Positions 17,820-27,657 of a stretch of DNA of 64,000 nucleotides are shown here, one piece after another. The position numbers were made by a program, and so were the translations under genes. Numbering within the stretch: the first letter of the stretch is position 1; every line of letters begins with the position of its first letter. This stretch comes from an uncultured Chloroflexia bacterium. GTDB lineage: Bacteria; Chloroflexota; Limnocylindria; Limnocylindrales; CSP1-4. The DNA is taken from contig CAWGWF010000002.1 in assembly GCA_963826225.1 (NCBI GenBank), positions 4,987-68,986 of the forward strand. The letters are read 5' to 3'. A model generated the notes under the pieces. It saw only the letters and a list, made by a program, of their open reading frames with translations. It searched no databases and was not told the origin of the DNA.

Positions 17820-18371
17820 ATGAGACGCGATCTCGTCGAGGCGGCACGCCGCGGGGACCACGAGGCCTTCGAGGCCCTCGCGACCTCCGCCGGCGATCGC
17901 CTGTACGCGGTCGCTCGCCTGATCCTGCGGGACGATGGGCTTGCAGAGGACGCCGTGCAGGAAGCGCTCGTTCGCGCGTGGCAGCAGCTTCCGTCGCTGC
18001 GCGACCCGGAGCGGTTCAACGCCTGGCTCTATCGCCTGGTGGTCAACGCCTGCGCAGACCAGGGCCGGCAGCTGCGTCGCTGGTCGCAGCAGGTGCGACA
18101 GCTCCCGGTCGACATCTCGGTCGGCGATGACACGGGTTCCGTGGCAGATCGGGAACAGCTCGAGCGGGGGTTCGGTCGGCTCAAGCCCGAGCAGCGGGCG
18201 GTAATCGTCCTCCACTACTACAGCGGGTTCTCGGCTGCCGAGATCGCACGGATCCTCGGCACACCCGAGGGGACCGCCAGATCACGATTGCACTACGCGA
18301 CCGAGGCGATGCGCGCTGCCCTCGAGGCCGACGCGCGGCAGCCCGGGTTCGCCCAGAAGAGGACGGCATGA
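17820..18371 (+). CDS. ECF-type RNA polymerase sigma-70 factor
   Basis: ATG at 17820 preceded by GGAGGGG. Region 2 (FEALATSAGDRLYAVARLILRDDGLAEDAVQEALVRAWQQL) and region 4 (QRAVIVLHYYSGFSAAEIARILGTPEGTARSRLHYA). The upstream part of ORF 17211..18371 is rejected. Confidence 0.85.
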   Translation: MRRDLVEAARRGDHEAFEALATSAGDRLYAVARLILRDDGLAEDAVQEALVRAWQQLPSLRDPERFNAWLYRLVVNACADQGRQLRRWSQQVRQLPVDISVGDDTGSVADREQLERGFGRLKPEQRAVIVLHYYSGFSAAEIARILGTPEGTARSRLHYATEAMRAALEADARQPGFAQKRTA

Positions 18372-20305
18372 TGAGCACGGGCGAGCGGTTCGACGAGTCG
18401 ATCAGCGGGTGGTTGGAGGCAACCGCCCCGCAAGGGATCCCCGGGCGCGTGCTGGAGGCCACCTTCGAGCGGACGCGCGCGAGCAGGCAGCAGACCAGTT
18501 GGCGCGGGCTCCTCGGCAGGTCACGCATGGCGCTCTTCGCACCCGTGCTCGGCGGCGCCGCGGTGGTCGTGGTGGCTGCCGCCCTGGCGCTGAGCTTCAA
18601 TGCCGGGCAACCGGCCGTCGGCGGGCCGGTGGCCACTCCAGATCCGCGAGGCGCCTTCCTTGGCACCTGGATCAGCACCACCGATGCCGACGGCGGCACG
18701 CAGACGATGACCGTCCGTGCGACGCAGGACGGTGCGGTCGAGATCCTGGTGGGCGACGACGTCGCCACGGTGTGCTCGGGCGGCCCGTCGATGATGACGG
18801 GGACCGGGCGAATCGGGGGCATCAGCCTGCTCGTCATCCCCTCGCCGGTGTACACGTGCGACGACGGGAGCGAGCCCGAGACCCTGAGCGGGCCTCCCCT
18901 CCAGGAGCAGCTGCGGAACCTGACCTTCGTCCTCGACACCGCGACCGAGACCCTCACGGACAACTTCGGGGGAGTCTGGCTGCGGGAGGGGGCGGAGGTC
19001 CCGGAGCCGGAGATCTCCGGCGAGATGTGGCCGCAGTCGACGCTCGACGAGGTCCGGGCCGCCCAGGAACGCGCCGACGCCAGTGACCCGGACTACAGGT
19101 GGCAGGTCGACGCGCAGCTCGCGGGCGACGATTCCAACACGTGGGAGCGCCTGTCCAACGGGCAGGTCGAACTCGTCGACCGGTTCCTCCGCGAGATGTT
19201 GGGCTGGGAGGCATACATCCAGAACCGCCTCGTCGGTGGCGCTGATCACTCACTTGCGGACCAACGGTTCCTGCGTTGTGCGCCGGGCCGCACGAACCCG
19301 CTCTACCCGCCGCAACCTGGCTCGAACCAGGCCGGAGAGTCGTGCGCGCCGACGCTCGACGACCTCAGCTACGAATTGGTGAGCCTCGACCTTGTCCAAC
19401 CGGACCGCCAGGGGCCGGGCGGGATCTGGGTGGTGAGCCGCTGGAGTCTGACGGCGCCGTTCGAGCAGGCCGACCCAGCGGTTGCCGAGGCCCAGGCAAC
19501 AGAGCGCCTGGAGAGGTTCCTGGCCGCACGGATCGCTGGACAAGGCGCCGAGGGGCACGTGGACGTCTACGCCCAGTGGGTCGAACAACAGGTTCCGCTC
19601 CTGTACACCACCACCTCGGGCGCCCCGTACGAGCGCTTCGAGTTCGAGCGGATGGCGGGGCCGACGTGGCCCTACGGGGGCTACATCGAGTTCATGGTTC
19701 GCCTGTTCGCCGAGGATGGGACCGTGATCGAGCAGGAGATCTACTCGCATTGGGACGGAGGCGCCTCGGTGGGGATCGAGGGCGCCTTGGGGATGGCCAG
19801 CACGACGACCGAGAACGGCCAGCCCGTCCCCATGCTCTTCGCGCAGTTCGACGGCGAAGTCACCTACTCGTCGCCGAGCCCTTGGTCGATGGACGTTGGA
19901 GACGACGGTCTCATCGACTTCACTGATCCAGTCGTCTTCTGGTCGGAGTGTGCACGAGGGCCGGTGCCGGCCGACGCTGCTGCGTTCGCGCAGGCGGTCA
20001 TCGCGGACCCCAACTTCGAGACCACTGCGCCCGTCGCCGCGCGCGTCGGTGGTGTCCAGGCCGTGGCGATGGATGTTGCCCTGTCCCCCGCCGGCCGTGT
20101 TTGCTGGGCGTACCGCACGGACGCTCACCGTTGGATCCATGCGCTGGAACCAGGAAGACGCCTACGCCTGTTCCTCGTCGACCTCCCGGACCGGATGTCG
20201 ATGCGGACCATGGCGATCACCGTCATGGCGCCCCACGAGCGCTTCGAGGAAGTGATCGAAGAGGCCACGCCGATCATCGAGTCCATCGAGTTCCACGCTC
20301 GATGA
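18368..20305 (+). CDS. membrane protein, putative anti-sigma factor with large (~560 aa) uncharacterised ectodomain
   Basis: ATGA overlap with the sigma gene. The N-terminal segment ERFDESISGWLEATAP is typical of actinobacterial sigma partners. One TM helix (ALFAPVLGGAAVVVVAAALAL). Confidence 0.75.
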   Translation: MMSTGERFDESISGWLEATAPQGIPGRVLEATFERTRASRQQTSWRGLLGRSRMALFAPVLGGAAVVVVAAALALSFNAGQPAVGGPVATPDPRGAFLGTWISTTDADGGTQTMTVRATQDGAVEILVGDDVATVCSGGPSMMTGTGRIGGISLLVIPSPVYTCDDGSEPETLSGPPLQEQLRNLTFVLDTATETLTDNFGGVWLREGAEVPEPEISGEMWPQSTLDEVRAAQERADASDPDYRWQVDAQLAGDDSNTWERLSNGQVELVDRFLREMLGWEAYIQNRLVGGADHSLADQRFLRCAPGRTNPLYPPQPGSNQAGESCAPTLDDLSYELVSLDLVQPDRQGPGGIWVVSRWSLTAPFEQADPAVAEAQATERLERFLAARIAGQGAEGHVDVYAQWVEQQVPLLYTTTSGAPYERFEFERMAGPTWPYGGYIEFMVRLFAEDGTVIEQEIYSHWDGGASVGIEGALGMASTTTENGQPVPMLFAQFDGEVTYSSPSPWSMDVGDDGLIDFTDPVVFWSECARGPVPADAAAFAQAVIADPNFETTAPVAARVGGVQAVAMDVALSPAGRVCWAYRTDAHRWIHALEPGRRLRLFLVDLPDRMSMRTMAITVMAPHERFEEVIEEATPIIESIEFHAR

Positions 20306-20454
20306 CGACGCAGACCCGGCGACTCCTCGCGCACCGGGCGCGGAGCAGGGCGCGCGCCGAAGGGAGGCCGTGCCTATAAGGACCAGGTCGGCGGCGCAGC
20401 GTTCCGTCCCGCCATGCATGACGCGGGACAGCCGAGAGACAGGAGGATGGTTCG

Positions 20455-20856
20455 GTGAGACGGATTCTGACGGGCGGGCTCGCCCTTTGGCTTGTTGCAG
20501 CGGGCATGCTTGCCCTCGCCCCGGCCGTGTCCGCGGCGGACCCCGGGTTCGCGGGGACCTGGGTGTCGATCGACACGGATGGCAGCACGCAGGCGCTCGC
20601 GATCGGGCGAGGTTCGACGCCCGCCGTGACCTACCAGGACTTCTGGGCCAGCTCGTGCGCCAACGATGGCGCGTCATCGACCCACTTCGTCGCGACCGGG
20701 CGTGGCGTGATCGATGGCTCCTTGCTGTGGGTCGACTTCCGCAACGGCGCTTGTGGCTGGCGCAAGATCGGACCGTTCGGGATGGGCCTCAGCTACGACG
20801 GCGGCAGCGACACCCTGACCGACGACTTCGGGATCACCTGGTACCGGTTCCCGTAA
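20455..20856 (+). CDS. small secreted protein (signal peptide), shares a domain with the ectodomain of 18368..20305
   Basis: Signal peptide MRRILTGGLALWLVAAGMLALAPAVSA. The mature part GFAGTWVSIDTDGSTQAL...C...C...DTLTDDFGITWYRF parallels GAFLGTWISTTDADGGTQTM...C...C...ETLTDNFGGVWLRE in the neighbouring gene. Confidence 0.7.
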   Translation: MRRILTGGLALWLVAAGMLALAPAVSAADPGFAGTWVSIDTDGSTQALAIGRGSTPAVTYQDFWASSCANDGASSTHFVATGRGVIDGSLLWVDFRNGACGWRKIGPFGMGLSYDGGSDTLTDDFGITWYRFP

Positions 20857-21130
20857 CCTCCTGGGCTCCCCCGAGGGGCAAGGATCGCCGGAAGCCCCCG
20901 GGATCTCGGCGGACCTGCCCCGAGGGGAGAGCCCCCCATGCGGAGGCCGCGCTCGTCTTCCGCCAGCTCGTCAGGCGCGACGCCATCAACTGCCACGCCG
21001 GCCGTTTCTCGGCCGTCGTCGTGTCGTCAGGGCCTGCCCGAAAGCGAGCTGACCGAGGCAGTGGGGGGCTGGCTGGACGGCCTGGAGCCGGGCACCGCGG
21101 TCGTCGATGCGGATCTTCCCGCCCGCGACG

Positions 21131-21547
21131 TCACCGGGGCCTGGGATCGACCAGGGCCTTGCCGACGATGACGAACACGGCACCGAGGGCAACCTGCGTG
21201 GCGGCCATCCCGAAGGCGAGGATCGCGGTGAACAGCGACGAGCGGATCAGCGACGCGTCCAGCGCCATTCGCGCCTTCGGGTCGTCCTCGGCCATCTCGC
21301 CGTAGGTCCTGCCGCCGGTCGCCTTCAGCGTGATGCGTCGGACGACCTCGGCTTCCTCGAACGCGGTCAGCGGGTCCCGGACCGTCCTGTTCGGGAACCA
21401 TCGCGCACTCCCGGGAACCACGATCCTCTCGTCGGCCAGCCGCCTGCTCACCACCGCCCAGACCGCCGCTCCCACCAGGATCTCGACGATGCCCGCCGCG
21501 GTCACGAACCTCCCGAGCACCGCCGTCGAGCCATCTGCCTGGGTCAT
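21131..21547 (-). CDS. hypothetical membrane protein (2 TM helices)
   Basis: ORF with hydrophobic termini (AAGIVEILVGAAVWAVV; LFTAILAFGMAATQVALGAVFVIVG). Same strand as the cytochrome c gene and 50 nt downstream of it. Confidence 0.55.
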   Translation of the reverse strand: MTQADGSTAVLGRFVTAAGIVEILVGAAVWAVVSRRLADERIVVPGSARWFPNRTVRDPLTAFEEAEVVRRITLKATGGRTYGEMAEDDPKARMALDASLIRSSLFTAILAFGMAATQVALGAVFVIVGKALVDPRPR

Positions 21548-21597
21548 GTCGGAACCTCCAACCAGAACATTTCAGGGTCTGACCGCCGGATCGACGG

Positions 21598-21948
21598 TCA
21601 GTGACGAAGTCCGGCCACGTAATCGGCAAGGGCGTCGATCTGCTCGTCGCTCATGCCGTCCGCCGAGGCAGGCATCCCGCCCACGCCGTAGCGGATGGCG
21701 TTGATGACCGCCTGGCGGTCGGCGGCCGAGTCCTCGTCGAGCGGCACGCCCGACAACCCGCCTTCCCCAAGGGGTCCGTGACAGGCGCCGCATGCGGCGA
21801 CGAAGAGCCCCGCCGCACCCTGCGGTCCGGTAACGGGGAGCGTCGGGGCCGCCGCCTGGGCGCCGGAGCCACCGCATGACGCGGTCACCAAGGTGATCGC
21901 CAGCATCGTGACGCCGGCCAGGGAGAGGATCTGATGTCGCGCGGACAC
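21598..21948 (-). CDS. class I c-type cytochrome, probably membrane-tethered or lipoprotein
   Basis: Heme motif CGACH and distal GGMP methionine region. N-terminal signal-anchor ending in ...LVTASCGG. Confidence 0.85.
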   Translation of the reverse strand: MSARHQILSLAGVTMLAITLVTASCGGSGAQAAAPTLPVTGPQGAAGLFVAACGACHGPLGEGGLSGVPLDEDSAADRQAVINAIRYGVGGMPASADGMSDEQIDALADYVAGLRH

Positions 21949-21991
21949 GCTCGCATTCCTCGAAGCTGAAGGGGTCCTGTGAGCGGCCGGC

Positions 21992-22498
21992 CTACACGAA
22001 CCGCGCGAGGGGCATGGTCGCGAGCGCGACCAGGACGAGCGCGAAGTCCACCCGCTCGAGCCGGTCCATGCGACGGCCGAGGCGGGCCAGGGTCGTGGCC
22101 TGCTCCGGGGTCGGGGGCCGTCCGTTCATCTCGTCGCTGATCTTGGCCAGCTTCATGCCCGTGGGGGTGAGCCCACCCAGGCCGACGGTCATGGCACCGA
22201 TGGTCGCGACAATGCCGACGAAGATCATCAGGCCCCAGCCGGTCGTCAGCAGGCTGCCGAGATCGCCAGCACGCATATTGAAGGTGATGATCGTCCCGGA
22301 GATGAAGACGATGAACGCACTCGCGAACATCGCTGGGACCACTCGCGGCATGATGGCCCCCATGACCGGCTTCTCGTAGCTGGGGCCGAGCTTGGCGAGC
22401 CGGGGCTTCAGGATCAGGACGGTGAAGAGCACCGAGCCGACCCAGAAGACGCCGAAGAGAACGTGGATCAGGCGAACGATTCCGAGCCAGTTGTCCAT
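21992..22498 (-). CDS. integral membrane protein (4 TM helices), CopD/HemJ-like pattern, function unknown
   Basis: MDNWLGIVRLIHVLFGVFWVGSVLF has a conserved His/Trp pattern in TM1. Four hydrophobic segments. The family call is tentative. Confidence 0.65.
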   Translation of the reverse strand: MDNWLGIVRLIHVLFGVFWVGSVLFTVLILKPRLAKLGPSYEKPVMGAIMPRVVPAMFASAFIVFISGTIITFNMRAGDLGSLLTTGWGLMIFVGIVATIGAMTVGLGGLTPTGMKLAKISDEMNGRPPTPEQATTLARLGRRMDRLERVDFALVLVALATMPLARFV

Positions 22499-22572
22499 CT
22501 CAATTTCCTCTCTGATGTCTGTGTCCTGGGTGCTGAGGCAACGGGTGTGATGCAGTCCACGGGCGTCGTTGC

Positions 22573-22863
22573 CTACAGTCCTCGTTGAAAGACGATCTCG
22601 CCGGCGATCGTCCTGGCGCCCTCGAGTCCACCTTCGGAAGGCGACAGATGCACGTCTCGCCCTGCAGCCTCCTGGGCGGCCCGCATGTCGTCCAGGGTCT
22701 CGAAGATCTCGACGGTGAGCAGGACACCGTCATCTCCCCTGATCGCCAGGAGGGTGACGAAGCCGGTGGTCCTCTCCAGCGCCTCGATGCGTGAACGCGC
22801 CGTCTCCGGAACGTCGGAAACGGTGTGTCCGCCGGCTTCAGATACCCGGACTACCGCGTACAT
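22573..22863 (-). CDS. small alpha/beta-barrel-like hypothetical protein
   Basis: 96-aa ORF with balanced composition, on the same strand and closely spaced with the downstream membrane and cytochrome genes. Confidence 0.5.
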   Translation of the reverse strand: MYAVVRVSEAGGHTVSDVPETARSRIEALERTTGFVTLLAIRGDDGVLLTVEIFETLDDMRAAQEAAGRDVHLSPSEGGLEGARTIAGEIVFQRGL

Positions 22864-22889
22864 GCGTTCGTTGACCTCCCCATGCAGAT

Positions 22890-23138
22890 CTAGGCGGATC
22901 GCCCCTCGAGGCGGATCGCCGCAGCCGTCGCCGCGTCGGCGACCGACCGGCTGGCCCTGCGGAGCGCCCAGAAGGGTCGGGCGACGAGCTCCAGCCTCCG
23001 AAACGACCGGGTCGTCGCTGCGGCACCGCCCTGGCCGGCCCGGAGGTGGTAACGGGCTGCGGCCCGCTCCAGGCCCCGGTTGCGTTCTCGCGCGATGTCC
23101 TGGGCGGCCCAGGCGTGAAGCATCCAGGCGTAGAGCAT
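22890..23138 (-). CDS. small hypothetical protein (82 aa)
   Basis: Only the last 82 codons of ORF 22890..23990 are plausible. ATG at 23138 with GGAG about 10 nt upstream. No family recognised. Confidence 0.3.
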   Translation of the reverse strand: MLYAWMLHAWAAQDIARERNRGLERAAARYHLRAGQGGAAATTRSFRRLELVARPFWALRRASRSVADAATAAAIRLEGRSA

Positions 23139-23416
23139 CTCGTGGTCTCCTACTCGTTGGTTCTGGCGCTCACAGCCTTCGCTTGGTCTTCCGTGCCGCG
23201 GGCGGAGCGTGATGAGAAGGTGGCACCCGGGAGGGCGGATTCCTATCCAGAGGCTCCATAACTTCGGGTGCATGTCTTTCGGGGCGGGCGGCTCGCCCGT
23301 GTGTACACAGTCCTGACGACTACGTACCCATGAGGGCCCGGGACGGCCTCGCGCCGGCGAGCGCGGGCGGCGGGTCCAGGGAGGCGGTCGAGCGGGCCAC
23401 CAGGTCGGGCCGGCGC

Positions 23417-25732
23417 CTACTGCGTCCTGAGCAGGCCCTTCAGCTCGGGGGCATCGGCCACCTGGACGCGTGAGCGCAGGCCGAGCTTGCCGAGGATGTG
23501 ATGCACGTGAAGGCTGGCCGTGCCACGCGTGATGACGAGCTCCTCGGCGATCTCCTGGTCGGTACGGCCAAGGGCCAGCAGCCTGGCCACCTCCAGCTCG
23601 CGAGGGGTCAGTCCGGCTGCCCGATCCGGGCGGTGTCCGGCGCCGTGCGCCTCTCCCCCGTGGCCCTCGAGCGGCGCTTCGCCCAGCACCGATCGGACGA
23701 CATCGTCGAGGCTTGAGGCATACCCCTCCGCCCAGGCCGCCGCGAAGCCCGCGTCCCCCAGCGTTGCGCGAGCCGCACCGAGATGCCGATCGATGTCGTC
23801 CTGTTCGGCCAGGAGCGTGAGGACCCCGAGCGATTCCCGCGCGGCCCGGGCGGCCGCGAACAGCGCGACCTGGGTGGCCGCCCGGTGCTTCCCCATCCTG
23901 CCGGCGAAGTACTCGAGCGCTCCGACCACCGCCACCAGGTCGGCCTGGTCGCGATAGACGCTGATCGCCGACAGGGCTCCCTCCTGCCACAGGTCCACCG
24001 AGTGGTCATCGAAGGAGGCGATGATCCGGTCGGCCGACGCCATCCCCCATGGATCGCCCGCCTCGGAGAAGGCCGTGCGGGCTTGCCGGACGAGCGGCAG
24101 GGCCGTTCCGGCGTCGCCGCGGACCCGCGCAACCTGGGCCATCAGCAACGGGGCCTGTCCGGGGTATGCCCGCGAGCCCACCTCGTCCGCGAGCGCCGCG
24201 GCACGCTCGGCCAGCGCCTGGGCCTTGTCGAGGTCCCCCTCGGCGAAGGCGATGTAGCCCAGCGTGACCAGGGTCCAGACAAGCTCCGGCGATGGACCTG
24301 CCTCCTCGAAGTGGGTCAGCGCCGTCATCCCGAAGGCCGTCCCCTTGGCGTGATCGGCGAGGAAGGAACAGGTGAGCGCGAGGGCCATCGCGGCCCGGGC
24401 TCGCACCTCCGGCGCAGCATCGCCGCCACGCTCGAGACCGGCCTCGAGCCAGCGCTGGCCCTCGCGCAGGTGGTAGCGGAGCCAGAAGTACCAGTAGAGG
24501 GGCGCCGCCAGCCTCAGCGCCGTCTCCGTCCTGCCCTGGTCCAGCGCCCCGTGGAACATCCCGCGGATGTTGTCGAACTCGCCGTCCAGGATGCGCAGCC
24601 AGCGTGCCTGGGCGTGCGTGTGGAGCTCGGGCTCGCTCCTTTCCACCAGTCGGATGAAGTAGTGCTCGAGCCGGTCCCGGGTGGCGTCGACCTCGGCCCG
24701 ATCGGTGAGGTGGCGCAGCGCGTACTGGCGCACCGGCTCAAGCATCCGGTAGCGAACGATCCCGGCCTGCTCCCCGGTCACGACGAGGGACTTGTCCACG
24801 AGGCGCTCCAGCAGGGGCAGGACGTCCTCCTCCTCGAGACCAGCGGCCGGACACACGCCTTCCGCTGCCTCGAGGCTCCAGCCAGTCGAGAACAGCGAGA
24901 GCTGCCGGAGCAGCGTCTGTTCCGCCGGCGAGAGCAGGTTGTAGCTCCAGTCGAGTGTCGCGCGGATCGTCTGCTGTCGGCTGGGCGCGGATCGGCTGGT
25001 GCCGGCCAGGAGGCGGACGCAGTCGTCGAGTCGCTCGTGGATCTGCGCCGGCGTCAGCACGCCGATGCGCGCTGCCGCCAGCTCGATCGCGAGGGGGATC
25101 CCGTCGAGGAGACCGCAGATCGCAGCGACCGAGTCCGCATTGTGCGGATCCAGCGCGAAGCCACTGTCGACGACCGTCGCTCGCTCCACGAACAGGCGCA
25201 CTGCCGGGTAGTCCATGAGCGTTTCGAAGGGGGCGCTGATCCCGGGCTTCGGCGCGGTCAGCGGCGGCACCCGCAGCTGGCGCTCACCCGCGATCTGCAT
25301 CGGCTCGCGACTCGTGGCAAGCACCCTCAGCTCCGGGCACGACGAGAGCAGGTCGTCCACGAGTGCCGCACAGGCCTCGATGACGTGCTCGCAGTTGTCG
25401 AGCACGAGCAGCACACGCTTCGTCCCGATCGTCTCCTGCAGCCGCTCCAGGGGGGCATCGCCCACCGCCTCCGAGAGTCCCAGCGACGCGGCCACCGCCT
25501 CGGGAACGTGGGCCGGGTTCGATATGCGGGCCAGCTCGACGACCCCGACTCCGTCCGGGAAGGATCCCCGGGACGCGGCGAGCACCTCGAAGGCCAGGCG
25601 GGTCTTGCCGCACCCGCCAACTCCCGTGAGGCTCACCAGCCGCTGGGGGCCGTCGGTCACGAGCGCCACCGCCCTGGCGACGTCGCCCTCCCGGCCGATG
25701 AACGAGGTGCGGGGAACCGAGAGCCGAGCCAT
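23417..25732 (-). CDS. LuxR-family transcriptional regulator with N-terminal STAND/AAA ATPase and TPR-like middle region
   Basis: Walker A GVGGCGKT, Walker B VLLVLDNCEH, a long helical repeat region, and the C-terminal HTH LTPRELEVARLLALGRTDQEIAEELVITRGTASLHVHHILGKLG. Confidence 0.9.
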   Translation of the reverse strand: MARLSVPRTSFIGREGDVARAVALVTDGPQRLVSLTGVGGCGKTRLAFEVLAASRGSFPDGVGVVELARISNPAHVPEAVAASLGLSEAVGDAPLERLQETIGTKRVLLVLDNCEHVIEACAALVDDLLSSCPELRVLATSREPMQIAGERQLRVPPLTAPKPGISAPFETLMDYPAVRLFVERATVVDSGFALDPHNADSVAAICGLLDGIPLAIELAAARIGVLTPAQIHERLDDCVRLLAGTSRSAPSRQQTIRATLDWSYNLLSPAEQTLLRQLSLFSTGWSLEAAEGVCPAAGLEEEDVLPLLERLVDKSLVVTGEQAGIVRYRMLEPVRQYALRHLTDRAEVDATRDRLEHYFIRLVERSEPELHTHAQARWLRILDGEFDNIRGMFHGALDQGRTETALRLAAPLYWYFWLRYHLREGQRWLEAGLERGGDAAPEVRARAAMALALTCSFLADHAKGTAFGMTALTHFEEAGPSPELVWTLVTLGYIAFAEGDLDKAQALAERAAALADEVGSRAYPGQAPLLMAQVARVRGDAGTALPLVRQARTAFSEAGDPWGMASADRIIASFDDHSVDLWQEGALSAISVYRDQADLVAVVGALEYFAGRMGKHRAATQVALFAAARAARESLGVLTLLAEQDDIDRHLGAARATLGDAGFAAAWAEGYASSLDDVVRSVLGEAPLEGHGGEAHGAGHRPDRAAGLTPRELEVARLLALGRTDQEIAEELVITRGTASLHVHHILGKLGLRSRVQVADAPELKGLLRTQ

Positions 25733-26084
25733 TTCCGGCGTTATACCACGCCGCCGATGGCCGTCTGAGCGCCATGGATCGTGCCGAGTGGTGGGTACGG
25801 CAATTCAACCCGTGCCCGTACGGGCAGCTGGACGTCGCGGATCTCGTCTGCAACGCGTTGGACGCCGGTGCCGGGTGGCTGATCGGGGTGGCAATCGGGC
25901 GAACGGCGCCGTTCGCCAACCCATCGCCCGTGTCCGACACGGACGCCCCATCCGTCCGGCGGCGGATCGGGGGCGTCGTTCAGCGACCTCGTCGTGGTGA
26001 GCCTCGCATGCGCCGGGATGCTCCCCGCCGGCGGCGCCGCCCGGTTATCGTTGTCCTCTGGAGCCAAGATGCGAGGAGGGCACG

Positions 26085-27590
26085 GTGCCGAACGGAAGGC
26101 CCAACATCGTCGTCTTCTGGGGCGACGACATCGGGATCACCAACCTGAGCTGCTACAGCGACGGCCTCATGGGCTACCGCACCCCGAACATCGATCGGGT
26201 CGCGGCCGAGGGCGCCCGCTTCACGGACTCGTACGGCGAGCAGAGCTGCACCGCCGGGCGGTCGGCCTTCATCACCGGGCAGAGCGTCTATCGCACGGGT
26301 CTCAGCAAGGTGGGCTTCCCGGGGGCGCCGACCGGGATGCCGGCCGAGGACCCCACGATCGCGGAGCTGCTCAAGGTCCAGGGGTACGCCACGGGCCAGT
26401 TCGGCAAGAACCACCTGGGCGACCGGGACGAGCACCTGCCGACGGCCCACGGGTTCGACGAGTTCTTCGGCAACCTCTATCACCTCAACGCCGAGGAGGA
26501 ACCCGAGCACCCGGACTACCCGGACCCGGAGCGGTACCCGAACTTCAAGGGCAACTACGGTCCGCGTGGCGTCCTCCGCTGCAAGGCGAACCCCGACGGG
26601 ACCCAGGAGATCGAGGACACCGGCCCGCTGACGAAGAAGCGGATGGAGACGGTCGACGACGAGATCGTCGACGCAGCCCTGGAGTACATCGACCGCAAGC
26701 ACGCCGAAGGGGCGCCCTTCTTCACCTGGATCAACACCACCCACATGCATTTCCGGACCCACCCCAAGCCGGAGAGCATCGGCCAGGCCGGCAAGTGGCA
26801 GTCCGCGTACCACGACACGATGATCGACCACGATCGGCACGTTGGCCGGGTGCTGGACAAGCTCGACGCGCTGGGGATCGCCGACGACACGATCTTCGTC
26901 TACTCCACGGACAACGGGCCCCACATGAACACCTGGCCGGACGGGGCGATGACGCCCTTCCGGTCCGAGAAGAACACGAACTGGGAGGGAGCCTTCCGCG
27001 TCCCCCAGGTGGTCCGCTGGCCGGGGCACATCCCGGCCGGTGCCGTCCTGAACGGCATCGTCAGCCACATGGACTGGCTGCCGACCCTCCTGGCCGCGGC
27101 GGGCGAGCCCGCCATCAAGGAGCAGCTCCTGACCGGCTTCGAGGCCGGCGGCAGGACATTCAAGGTCCATCTCGACGGCTACGATCTGCTGCCGTACCTC
27201 ACCGGGGAGGCTGACCAGAGCCCAAGGACCGAGTTCTTCTACTTCTCGGACGACGGCGACCTCGTGGCGATGCGCTACGACAACTGGAAGCTCGTGTTCA
27301 TGGAGCAGCGGCTCACCGGCACCCTGCAGGTCTGGTTCGAGCCGTTCGTGCCGCTTCGCGTCCCGCGGATGTACAACCTGCGGACGGATCCGTTCGAGCG
27401 CGCCGACGTCACCTCGAACACCTACTGGGACTGGTTCATCGACCGGGCCTTCCTGGTCCTGCCCGCCCAGCAGATCGTCGGCAACTTCCTGGGCACCTTC
27501 GTCGAGTACCCACCCCGGATGAAGGCGGCGAGCTTCACCATCGACCAGGTCCAGGCCAGGCTCGAAGCGGCGATCGGCGCGGGTCACTGA
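26085..27590 (+). CDS. arylsulfatase (formylglycine-dependent sulfatase family)
   Basis: NIVVFWGDDIG metal site. Formylglycine motif SCTAGRSAFITG (C-x-A-x-R variant). GKNHLGD. Confidence 0.9.
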   Translation: MPNGRPNIVVFWGDDIGITNLSCYSDGLMGYRTPNIDRVAAEGARFTDSYGEQSCTAGRSAFITGQSVYRTGLSKVGFPGAPTGMPAEDPTIAELLKVQGYATGQFGKNHLGDRDEHLPTAHGFDEFFGNLYHLNAEEEPEHPDYPDPERYPNFKGNYGPRGVLRCKANPDGTQEIEDTGPLTKKRMETVDDEIVDAALEYIDRKHAEGAPFFTWINTTHMHFRTHPKPESIGQAGKWQSAYHDTMIDHDRHVGRVLDKLDALGIADDTIFVYSTDNGPHMNTWPDGAMTPFRSEKNTNWEGAFRVPQVVRWPGHIPAGAVLNGIVSHMDWLPTLLAAAGEPAIKEQLLTGFEAGGRTFKVHLDGYDLLPYLTGEADQSPRTEFFYFSDDGDLVAMRYDNWKLVFMEQRLTGTLQVWFEPFVPLRVPRMYNLRTDPFERADVTSNTYWDWFIDRAFLVLPAQQIVGNFLGTFVEYPPRMKAASFTIDQVQARLEAAIGAGH

Positions 27591-27657
27591 CGCGCCGCGC
27601 CCGGGCGGCCGCCGGGGTGGCCGGAAGGCCGCCCCGGGCCGGCGATAGACTCGTGGC

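Noticed and set aside
23139-23990. Upstream part of the 366-aa ORF 22890..23990
   Set aside because: It overlaps the 3' end of the LuxR gene out of frame and is Arg/Gly/Pro-rich.
27600-27638. Imperfect GC-rich hairpin between the sulfatase and maturase genes as a terminator
   Set aside because: The stem has a bulge and a structured 16-nt loop, there is no U-tract, and the downstream gene is functionally coupled. It is more likely an mRNA processing or attenuation structure, or has no function. It is mentioned only within the sulfatase finding.
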